From sequence record SRR22947727_961: a DNA stretch of 47,161 bases. The stretch is one strand, 5' to 3'. The first letter of the stretch is position 1; each line of letters opens with the position of its first letter. Both the position numbers and the translations under genes were made by a program. Under the pieces are notes generated by a model. It saw nothing but the letters and a program-made list of their open reading frames with translations. It was not told where the DNA came from and did not search any database. Shown piece by piece: positions 39,337 to 47,161 of the stretch.

Positions 39337-39380
39337 GCCCGAAGTCTCCCGCACCCGTGCGCGGAAGGCTACGTGTGGCC

Positions 39381-40055
39381 CTACGCCTCGGCCTGATCCT
39401 CCAGGGAGACCGCCACGTACGGCTCACCTGTGACAATCGTGACGACCCGCTTGGATACCGACACGGCGTGATCTGCGTAACGCTCGTAGTAGCGGGAGAG
39501 CAAGGTGACGTCAATCGCTTCCTCTACGCCGTTTTTCCACGTCTGCGAGAGAACGATGGTGAACAGTTCCCGGTGCAGACGGTCCATTCGCTCGTCGTGC
39601 ACAGCGATGTCGGCGCACAGGGCGACATCCTTCGTCGCGATAACCGAACCGGTCTTGGCGACGATGACCTCTGCCAGAGAGCCCATTTCCGCGAAAGTCG
39701 CGCGGAGTTCTTGCGGCACAGCCACCTTGGGAAAGCGCATGCGAGCCTGCTTGGCCACGTGCTCGGCGAGGTCACCCATCCGCTCCAGCGAGCTGGCGAT
39801 GCGAAGCGCTCCGATAACAACACGCAGGTCGGTCGCTACCGGCTGCTGCAGCGCGACCAGCTCAAAGCAGCGCTCCTCGACGTCACTGGCCAGCATGTCC
39901 ACCTTGGCGTCGAAATCGATCACCGCTTCAGCGAGAGAAAGATCCGCATCGAGGAGCGCTTGGGTCGCTCGGTTCATCGCCGAACCCACGAGCCGCGTCA
40001 TCTCGACGAGGTCGTCATTGATTTGGTCAAGTTGCTCGTAATAGGCGGCGCGCAT
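39381..40055 (-). CDS. phoU: Phosphate signalling protein PhoU
   Basis: [30 protein letters not shown]. Confidence 0.95.
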   Translation of the reverse strand: MRAAYYEQLDQINDDLVEMTRLVGSAMNRATQALLDADLSLAEAVIDFDAKVDMLASDVEERCFELVALQQPVATDLRVVIGALRIASSLERMGDLAEHVAKQARMRFPKVAVPQELRATFAEMGSLAEVIVAKTGSVIATKDVALCADIAVHDERMDRLHRELFTIVLSQTWKNGVEEAIDVTLLSRYYERYADHAVSVSKRVVTIVTGEPYVAVSLEDQAEA

Positions 40056-40134
40056 AGAGGGTCCTGGTTCGTCGTCGGTGACACGTTGTTTCTCCTAGCG
40101 TACGCCCCGTCGCTGCCCTTACTCGTCCTCAACG

Positions 40135-40181
40135 TGAACAAGTCGTGGAATGAAGATGAACGTTCGGATCGCTAGGTGAAC
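40135..40181 (-). promoter_or_regulatory. PHO-box-like GTTCA direct repeats
   Basis: TGAAC at 40135, 40157 and 40177 (GTTCAC/GTTCAT on minus strand) in the phoU/senX3 divergent spacer. Confidence 0.6.
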
Positions 40182-40253
40182 GGTGCATCAGATTCGCGCC
40201 CCGTAGCGGCAATCGGCGCGCCCGGAGGGCAGCGTCCGCTCTATTCTGCAGTC

Positions 40254-41387
40254 GTGGCCCTGCGACGACGCCCCAGCGAAGACGCGAACGACCCCGTCGA
40301 TCTGCCACCTGCTGTCCCGGACGAGGTAATTCGGGTGCTGTCGGTACTTCCCTCCGCTTCGATTGTCACCGCGCCGAACGGGGATGTTCTGAGAGCAAGC
40401 GCCCGCGCTTTGTCACTTGGCCTGGTAAACAGAAACTCGCTGGCTGTCCCGGACGTTTCGCGCTTAGTTGCAAGAGTCGCGGATGACAACGAGGCACGTG
40501 AACAGGAGATGCGGGTTCGGCGTCCGCCGCTTGGTCGAGAACTTCTCGAGTTGCGGGTTCGCGTGGCACCGCTGGGAACGGGTGTGCTGCTTATCCTCGT
40601 CGACGATTTGGCGGAAGAACGTCGAGTAGATGCCGTGCGCCGCGATTTCGTTGCCAACGTCAGCCATGAACTGAAGACGCCCGTTGGTGCGCTGTCACTG
40701 TTGGCGGAAACAGTTCTCTCGGCCGCAGATGACCCGGAGCAAGTGCGTCATTTTGCTGAAAGGATGCAAACAGAAGCATCCCGGTTGGCGTCTCTCATTC
40801 AGGACGTCATCGACCTCTCTCGCTTACAGGGCGATGACCCGATGATCCGTGCTGCAGCCGTTGATCTGGATGAACTCATCACCAGCGCATTTGATGAAGT
40901 TCGCACCCTGGCAGCGAGCCGAGATATCGAGCTCGTGCGCAGTGGAGAGGCAGATTCAGAGTTGTACGGTGATCGCGGGCAGCTGCTTACTGCTGTGCGG
41001 AATCTGCTGTCGAATGCTGTCGCCTACTCACCCCCCGGCACGAGAGTCTCAGTGTCCTGTTCCTCTCACCAGGGTGTGGCAGAGATTGCCGTCAAGGATC
41101 AAGGGATCGGGATTCCTGGCCACGATCTGGACCGGATCTTCGAGCGCTTCTATCGAGTCGACCAAGCCCGATCGCGCAGTACGGGGGGCACGGGGTTGGG
41201 TCTGTCCATCGTCAAGCACGTATGTCAGAACCACGGAGGCGAATGCACCGTCTGGTCCGAGGCGGGAACTGGATCGACGTTTACTCTTCGACTCCCCGTC
41301 TACGACCCTCACACGGATATGCAGCGGCAGGCCCATGAGTTAGACATCGATGTTGTGACGACCCCGGAACAGGGAGGATCTTCGTGA
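40254..41387 (+). CDS. senX3: Sensor histidine kinase SenX3/PhoR
   Basis: RRDFVANVSHELKTP, NLLSNA, DQGIG, FERFYRVD, GGTGLGLSIVKH; start from TATTCT-N6-GTG (alternative 40176). Confidence 0.9.
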   Translation: MALRRRPSEDANDPVDLPPAVPDEVIRVLSVLPSASIVTAPNGDVLRASARALSLGLVNRNSLAVPDVSRLVARVADDNEAREQEMRVRRPPLGRELLELRVRVAPLGTGVLLILVDDLAEERRVDAVRRDFVANVSHELKTPVGALSLLAETVLSAADDPEQVRHFAERMQTEASRLASLIQDVIDLSRLQGDDPMIRAAAVDLDELITSAFDEVRTLAASRDIELVRSGEADSELYGDRGQLLTAVRNLLSNAVAYSPPGTRVSVSCSSHQGVAEIAVKDQGIGIPGHDLDRIFERFYRVDQARSRSTGGTGLGLSIVKHVCQNHGGECTVWSEAGTGSTFTLRLPVYDPHTDMQRQAHELDIDVVTTPEQGGSS

Positions 41388-42064
41388 CACGAGTGCTGGT
41401 TGTCGAAGACGAAGAGTCGTTCTCCGATGCCTTGACCTTCATGCTGGAACGTGAGGGCTACGAGGTGGCGGTCGCGGCAGACGGCAATGCGGCAATAGAG
41501 GAATTCGAGAAATCAGGGGCCGACATCCTCCTGCTCGATTTGATGTTGCCCGGTCTGCCTGGCACCGAAGTGTGTCGACAGATACGAACGCGGTCACAGG
41601 TGCCGATCATCATGCTCACCGCGAAGGATGGCGAGGTTGACAAAGTGGTTGGACTCGAATTGGGTGCCGACGACTACGTCACCAAGCCCTTCTCATCACG
41701 AGAGTTACTCGCGCGAATTCGAGCGGTGCTGCGACGCAACGGAGAGTTGGAAGAGTTGTTGCCAGCAGCCATCGAAGCCGGACCGGTGCGGATGGACGTC
41801 GACAGGCACGTGGTCACGGTGCGTGGTGAGCATGTACCCATGCCCTTGAAAGAGTTCGACCTACTGGAAATCCTGGTGCGCAATTCCGGGCGAGTGCTCA
41901 CTCGCGCGCAACTCATCGACCGAGTGTGGGGATCGGACTACGTCGGGGACACCAAGACGCTGGACGTTCACATCAAGCGCCTGCGTGCCAAAGTGGAAAC
42001 CGATCCTGCGCACCCCGTCCACCTAGTCACCGTGCGTGGGCTCGGCTACAAGTACGACGCGTGA
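41384..42064 (+). CDS. regX3: Response regulator RegX3/PhoP
   Basis: VEDE, DLMLPG, MPLKEFDLL, DYVGDTKTLDVHIKRLR. Confidence 0.93.
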   Translation: MTRVLVVEDEESFSDALTFMLEREGYEVAVAADGNAAIEEFEKSGADILLLDLMLPGLPGTEVCRQIRTRSQVPIIMLTAKDGEVDKVVGLELGADDYVTKPFSSRELLARIRAVLRRNGELEELLPAAIEAGPVRMDVDRHVVTVRGEHVPMPLKEFDLLEILVRNSGRVLTRAQLIDRVWGSDYVGDTKTLDVHIKRLRAKVETDPAHPVHLVTVRGLGYKYDA

Positions 42065-42077
42065 GGTCGTTTCGTGG

Positions 42078-42584
42078 CTACATCGCCGGTGGAACTGGCT
42101 CAATTCCCTCGTAGTAGCCGGTCGGGGGAACGACGAGCACGTTCGCCTCAACAATCCCGGAGCGCTCGAATTGAAGAGCGACGGGGACGTACGTACTGGG
42201 AGAGGCGTCGAACTCATACGAGTTGATCCACCGGTCGGATTCATACCCGAAGCCCACGGATTGGTTGGGGAGTAGTTCCACCACATCGCCGGTGATGAAG
42301 GCGGGGACACCGTCAATCAGAGCAGCCAAGAGATTGTCTGCTTCCAGATCTTGATTGGTCACCCGCATGATCAAGGTTGCGCTGGCCGAGCCGTCGGGCC
42401 CCGCGACAAGTGTCAGGTTCTCAGCGCGAATGTCGCCGGCCTGAACCTGGACGCCGTTCCCCGTCAATTGCACCGATTGCATGTTGGTGGAGGCGTTCGG
42501 ACCGTTGTAACAACCGGTCAATGTCAACGTGAGAGCGGCAAGAGCGCTGGACACGACGAGTGCTGTGGAGTAACGCCTGTTCAC
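42078..42584 (-). CDS. Lipoprotein (LpqE-like)
   Basis: Lipobox LTGC; conserved position divergent from carD. Confidence 0.75.
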   Translation of the reverse strand: MNRRYSTALVVSSALAALTLTLTGCYNGPNASTNMQSVQLTGNGVQVQAGDIRAENLTLVAGPDGSASATLIMRVTNQDLEADNLLAALIDGVPAFITGDVVELLPNQSVGFGYESDRWINSYEFDASPSTYVPVALQFERSGIVEANVLVVPPTGYYEGIEPVPPAM

Positions 42585-42648
42585 GACCGCAGAGTATCGG
42601 TCGATTGTGCGGTGGTAGAATCAGCGTTCCGGAAAGGGGATCCTCTCA

Positions 42649-43131
42649 ATGGCTTTTAACGTCGGTGACACCGTTGTCTACCCGCACCATGGCGCAGCAC
42701 TCATCGAATCGGTGGAGATGCGCAAGATCAAGGGAGAGGACCGGGAGTACCTCGTTCTTCGCGTTGCGCAAGGGGACTTGACGGTTCGAGTGCCCGCGGA
42801 CAACGTCGACTTGGTCGGGGTTCGTGACGTTGTGAACGCAGAAGGCTTGGACAGGGTGTTCACGGTCCTGCGTCAGCCTTACACCGAGGAACCCACCAAC
42901 TGGTCACGTCGATACAAGGCCAATTTGGAGAAGCTGGCGTCCGGGGACGTCATCAAGGTCGCCGAAGTGGTTCGGGACCTGTTCCGCCGAGAGCAGGAGC
43001 GTGGCTTGTCGGCGGGAGAGAAGCGCATGCTCGCCAAGGCTCGACAGATCCTGGTCAGCGAGTTGGCGCTCGCAGAGAAGACCGACGAGGACAAGGCCGA
43101 GGCCATCCTCGACGAGGTCCTGGCTTCCTGA
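42649..43131 (+). CDS. carD: RNAP-binding transcription factor CarD
   Basis: [40 protein letters not shown] promoter upstream. Confidence 0.97.
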   Translation: MAFNVGDTVVYPHHGAALIESVEMRKIKGEDREYLVLRVAQGDLTVRVPADNVDLVGVRDVVNAEGLDRVFTVLRQPYTEEPTNWSRRYKANLEKLASGDVIKVAEVVRDLFRREQERGLSAGEKRMLAKARQILVSELALAEKTDEDKAEAILDEVLAS

Positions 43132-43141
43132 TCAGCTCGTC

Positions 43142-43849
43142 GTGAGCGACGACGTTGGCTACGGGCGCGTCGCCGCACTAGTTCCCGCCGCTGGCAGGGG
43201 TGAACGCCTCGGGCCGGGGGCCCCGAAAGCCATTCGAGAAATCGCCGGCACTCCGATGCTGGTCTATGCGGTGAAGGCACTCGCTGCGACTCCCGTCGTC
43301 GACGTTGTGGTGGTCGCTGCTCCATCGGATTATCGAGACGACGTGGGTTCGTTGCTTCAACCCCAAGAGTTCTCCGCCGAGGTTTTCGTTGTGGCGGGGG
43401 GAGAATCTCGATCGGAATCTGTCGCCCGGGCGTTGATCGCACTGCCGGACGACGTCGACGTGGTTCTCGTTCATGACGCCGCGCGTCCGCTGGTCCCACC
43501 TGAGGTAATCACCAATGTGGTGGCCGCCGTCAGGAACGGCCACGCAGCCGTTGTTCCCGTCGTACCGCTTGTCGACACGATCAGAACGGTGACTGGCGAT
43601 GCCTCGTTGGGGGCGACGGTGCCGCGAGATTCTTTGCGGGCCGTGCAGACACCGCAAGGCTTCACCCGCGACGTTCTTCAGCGTGCACACGCGGAAGTCG
43701 ACGCTCCGGTCACCGATGACGCCGGAATGGTGGAGCGGCTCGGCATTGCCGTCCATGCGGTTGATGGCCACGAAGACGCCTTCAAGGTGACGCGCCCGTT
43801 GGACGTTGTCCTAGCGGAGGCCCTGATCGAGCATCGGAGGACGCGGTGA
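43142..43849 (+). CDS. ispD: MEP cytidylyltransferase
   Basis: [30 protein letters not shown]. Confidence 0.95.
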   Translation: MSDDVGYGRVAALVPAAGRGERLGPGAPKAIREIAGTPMLVYAVKALAATPVVDVVVVAAPSDYRDDVGSLLQPQEFSAEVFVVAGGESRSESVARALIALPDDVDVVLVHDAARPLVPPEVITNVVAAVRNGHAAVVPVVPLVDTIRTVTGDASLGATVPRDSLRAVQTPQGFTRDVLQRAHAEVDAPVTDDAGMVERLGIAVHAVDGHEDAFKVTRPLDVVLAEALIEHRRTR

Positions 43850-44325
43850 CATCGCAACTGCGGGTCGGGATCGGGACGGACGTGCACGCGTTCGCCGAGG
43901 GCCGTCCCATGTGGCTCGCCGGATTGGTGTGGGAGGACCAGGAAGGCCTCGAAGGGCATTCCGATGCGGACGTCGCCTCGCACGCGATCTGCGACGCCGT
44001 CTTGTCGGCAGCAGGCCTGGGAGATCTCGGTTCGCTTGTCGGAACGAATGACCCTGAGTGGTCAGACGCCTCGGGCGTCAGCCTGGTGGCGCATGCAGCG
44101 GCCGCTGTTCGTGGCGCGGGCTTCGCGATCGTCAACGCCTCCGTGCAGGTCATCGGCAACCGGCCTCGCATAGGCGAGCGGCGTCGGGAAGCCCAGGATG
44201 TTCTGTCGGCCGCCTTGGGTGCTCGGGTGAGTGTCTCGGGAACAACTACCGATGGGTTGGGGTTGACCGGCCGGGGCGAAGGAGTCGCCGCAATTGCTGT
44301 CGCTCTCGTCGAGGAACGTCATTAG
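43846..44325 (+). CDS. ispF: MEcDP synthase
   Basis: GIGTDVH, GHSDADV, TTTDGLG.TGRGEG. Confidence 0.95.
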   Translation: MTSQLRVGIGTDVHAFAEGRPMWLAGLVWEDQEGLEGHSDADVASHAICDAVLSAAGLGDLGSLVGTNDPEWSDASGVSLVAHAAAAVRGAGFAIVNASVQVIGNRPRIGERRREAQDVLSAALGARVSVSGTTTDGLGLTGRGEGVAAIAVALVEERH

Positions 44326-44343
44326 GGGTGACACACTCACTCC

Positions 44344-44742
44344 ATGGTTGCTATTCCCGAAGAAGTCTTGCCGTGGTTCGATGCCCCTGAATTCGCCGTT
44401 ATCGCGACCATCTTGCCGAGCGGACGTCCGCACCAAGCAGTCGTCTGGGTCACCCGAGACGGTAACGATCTGCTGGTTTCGACCGTCAGGGGTCGTCGCA
44501 AGCACCTGAATGTGGAAGGGGACCCTCGATGCAGCGTCACCGTGTACCCGAAGGACAACCCGTACTCCTACGTTGAAGTTCGAGGCACGGCCGAAGTCGA
44601 AGACAAGGGTGCCCGGGAGTTGATCGATCGCCTGTGTCGGGAGTACACCGGTAACGATCGGTACACCGCCGACGATGGCACGGACAATGTGCGAATCATC
44701 CTGCGTATTCAGCCGGAGAAGGTCGTCACGCTCATTCGGTAG
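44344..44742 (+). CDS. PPOX-class F420-dependent oxidoreductase
   Basis: [17 protein letters not shown]...DPR, YVEVRG. Confidence 0.85.
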   Translation: MVAIPEEVLPWFDAPEFAVIATILPSGRPHQAVVWVTRDGNDLLVSTVRGRRKHLNVEGDPRCSVTVYPKDNPYSYVEVRGTAEVEDKGARELIDRLCREYTGNDRYTADDGTDNVRIILRIQPEKVVTLIR

Positions 44743-44764
44743 GCCGCACCGATACTGTCTTACC

Positions 44765-46180
44765 GTGGTATTTCGCCTGCACGACACGTCCACTCGAACG
44801 GTCCGTGAGTTCGCCTCGATGGAACCCGGTCGAGTGGGCATGTACGTATGCGGCGCCACCGTCCAGGGGCCGCCGCACGTGGGGCACATTCGCAGCGGAG
44901 TGGCTTTCGACATCGTCAGGCGCTGGTTGGCCGCCCGCGGCTACGACGTTACGTACGTCCGCAACGTCACCGATATCGACGACAAGATTCTGCACAACGC
45001 CGGCCATGAGGATGTTCCTTATTGGGTAGTGGCGATGCGCAACGAGCGGGCATTCTCTGAGGCGTATGACGTTCTTGGTTGCCTACCTCCGACGTACGAG
45101 CCGCGAGCAACCGGGCACATCCCGGAGATGGTCGACTTAATGCAGCGACTTATGGACGCAGGTGTCGGGTACGCAGCGAACGGCGACGTGTATTTCGATG
45201 TCCGTGCATATGCGGACTACGGCTCGTTGAGTGGCCAAAAGGTCGACGACATGCTCGCAGCGGATGACGCCGAGGCTCGGTCCAAGAGAGATCCACGCGA
45301 TTTCGCCATGTGGAAAAGCGCCAAAGAGGGTGAACCGTCGTGGGAAACGCCGTGGGGTCCGGGGCGTCCCGGCTGGCACATCGAATGCTCGGCGATGGCG
45401 CGCAAGTACCTGGGCTCTACTTTCGATATTCACGGCGGCGGACTGGACCTCGTCTTTCCGCACCATGAGAACGAGATCGCGCAGTCTCGATGCGCGGGAG
45501 ACGGGTTTGCCAACTACTGGCTGCATAACGCGTGGGTGACGACCGCCGGGGAGAAGATGAGCAAGTCACTCGGTAACTCGCTTTTGGTCTCAGAGGTCGT
45601 TCAACGGGTGCGTCCCATCGAGCTTCGCTATTACCTGGCGGGTGCGCACTATCGCTCGATGTTGGAGTTCTCCGATGCGATGGTCACGGACGCGGGTCAA
45701 GGCTTCCAGCGAATCGAGGGCTTCCTGGTGAGAGCTGCGGAAGTAATCGGCGACAGTTTCGATGTCGATGCGGATAACAGGCATCCTGACTTCGACGACG
45801 CGATGGATGACGACATCAATACCCCGCAGGCCATCGCCGTCATCCATGGTGTGGTGCGAGAGGGAAACGCAGCTATCGCACGTGGAGATGTTGAGAAGGT
45901 CAGATCCAGGGCCCAATCTGTGGTGGCCATGCTGGATGTTCTCGGGCTGAACCCGTCGGATTGGCGGCGCGGTGACGTGGGTGGACGGTTGGAGGGCGCG
46001 GTGGATGCTCTGATTGCCGTTGCACTGGAGCAACGTCAAGCCGCGCGGGAACGCAAAGACTTCGCGAGTGCCGATGTGATTCGTGACCAGTTGAAGGCGG
46101 CCGGCATCGAGATCGAAGACACCCCGGATGGTCCTCGGTGGTCTCTGAGCGACGACGGTGGGTCCAGCGATGGCGGGTAA
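44765..46180 (+). CDS. cysS: Cysteine--tRNA ligase
   Basis: [33 protein letters not shown]. Confidence 0.96.
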   Translation: MVFRLHDTSTRTVREFASMEPGRVGMYVCGATVQGPPHVGHIRSGVAFDIVRRWLAARGYDVTYVRNVTDIDDKILHNAGHEDVPYWVVAMRNERAFSEAYDVLGCLPPTYEPRATGHIPEMVDLMQRLMDAGVGYAANGDVYFDVRAYADYGSLSGQKVDDMLAADDAEARSKRDPRDFAMWKSAKEGEPSWETPWGPGRPGWHIECSAMARKYLGSTFDIHGGGLDLVFPHHENEIAQSRCAGDGFANYWLHNAWVTTAGEKMSKSLGNSLLVSEVVQRVRPIELRYYLAGAHYRSMLEFSDAMVTDAGQGFQRIEGFLVRAAEVIGDSFDVDADNRHPDFDDAMDDDINTPQAIAVIHGVVREGNAAIARGDVEKVRSRAQSVVAMLDVLGLNPSDWRRGDVGGRLEGAVDALIAVALEQRQAARERKDFASADVIRDQLKAAGIEIEDTPDGPRWSLSDDGGSSDGG

Positions 46181-47096
46181 CTCACAGCGTCGTGGAGCTA
46201 CCCGGAAAGAATCGAAGAAGGGGTCTTCGTCTGGATCGGGGGGTCAACGAAAGCAAGGCCTCGAAGGGAAAGGCCCCACACCGAAAGCCAAGGACCGTGC
46301 GCACCATCCAGCGGCGCGCCGCTCACGAAAGCACGCATCGTCCTCGACGCGGACCAGCCAGATTCATTCCGGTGATGTGGTCATCGGGCGTAACCCGGTT
46401 CTGGAGGCGCTTCGCGCGGGCGTCCCGGCGACGGGCTTGTACCTGCAGGTGCGGGCAGAGCCGGACGATCGCTGGCGTGAATCCTTAGCCCTTGCTCAAG
46501 AGTTGGCAATACCCGTTTTTGAAGGAGCGCGGGCGGACCTGGACGAGCTCTCCCATCACGGAAATCATCAGGGGCTCGTCCTGGCGATCAAGGACTACGA
46601 GTATGCGGATCTCGACCGTGTGGCTACGGGAAACCTCGTGGTGTTGCTCGATGGAATTACCGACACCCACAACGTGGGAGCAATTGCTCGATCAGCTGCA
46701 GCCTTCGGGGCCAGCGGTTTAGCCTTGCCGTCGCGGAGATCCGCAGGGATTACGGCGTCTGCGTGGAAAGCGTCGGCGGGAGCTCTCTCACGCCTCCCCG
46801 TCGCGCGCGTCACCAATCTTCGATCGACCATCGAGACACTGCATGGCGACGGATGGATGTCGATCGGGTTGGACACCCGGGCTGAGACGAGCATCAGCGA
46901 CATCGATGATGACGTGGTTGGTGACCGGGTGGCGCTCGTGTTGGGCTCCGAAGGACACGGCCTGTCACGTCTGGTTGCCGAAACGTGCGACTTCCTGATC
47001 GGCATCCCGATGGTCGACGGGCAAGAGTCGCTGAACGCGTCGGTCGCCGCGGGTATCACGCTGAACGCGATTTTCGATCGGCGTCGACCGTCGTAG
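46170..47096 (+). CDS. rlmB: 23S rRNA G2251 2'-O-methyltransferase
   Basis: [10 protein letters not shown]-terminus, [23 protein letters not shown]. Confidence 0.92.
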   Translation: MAGNSQRRGATRKESKKGSSSGSGGQRKQGLEGKGPTPKAKDRAHHPAARRSRKHASSSTRTSQIHSGDVVIGRNPVLEALRAGVPATGLYLQVRAEPDDRWRESLALAQELAIPVFEGARADLDELSHHGNHQGLVLAIKDYEYADLDRVATGNLVVLLDGITDTHNVGAIARSAAAFGASGLALPSRRSAGITASAWKASAGALSRLPVARVTNLRSTIETLHGDGWMSIGLDTRAETSISDIDDDVVGDRVALVLGSEGHGLSRLVAETCDFLIGIPMVDGQESLNASVAAGITLNAIFDRRRPS

Positions 47097-47103
47097 GGGT
47101 TGA

Positions 47104-47161
47104 TGGAGCCCCCGGTCAGGATTGAACTGACGACCTACCGCTTACAAGGCGGTTGCTCTAC
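47104..47161 (-). tRNA. tRNA-Thr(TGT), 5' end truncated by window
   Basis: Minus strand reads GTAGAGCAACCGC-CTTGTAA-GCGGTAGGTCGTCAGTTCAATCCTGACCGGGGGCTCCA. Confidence 0.95.

Noticed and set aside
1-47161. Prophage, IS element, integrase, att duplication or CRISPR array
   Set aside because: No mobility or cas genes, and no repeat-spacer array or duplicated tRNA 3' end was recognised.

Overview
High-GC actinobacterial chromosomal segment running from the 3' end of a tRNA (probably Lys) to a tRNA-Thr(TGT). From about 22.2 kb to the end it follows the conserved actinobacterial core order: mutT1-CYTH/CHAD-ppk1-mshD-glnR, nur-ygfZ-dtd, XRE/hbhA-slot/DUF2516, gpmA-mshA, phoU-senX3-regX3, carD-ispD-ispF-cysS-rlmB. 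The first ~18 kb is an accessory metabolic region with a stand-alone homocysteine methyltransferase, a heme ABC importer with two secreted Cys-paired proteins, and the main find. The main find is a GntR/UTRA-associated cluster of two convergent operons: mtnA + class II aldolase/SDR fusion, and split transketolase + Rhodospirillum rubrum-type RuBisCO-like protein (RLP). The two promoter regions share a 14/15-identical operator. The transketolase has lost canonical donor/acceptor-binding residues, and the cupin of the known MTA-isoprenoid shunt is absent from the window, suggesting an uncharacterised SAM by-product (MTA/5'-deoxyadenosine) or pentose-1-phosphate pathway. Also seen: a probable 6C RNA, a 33-aa membrane protein missed by the ORF track, and many apparent leaderless promoters. 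All protein assignments are from motif recognition and recalled synteny, not database searches.
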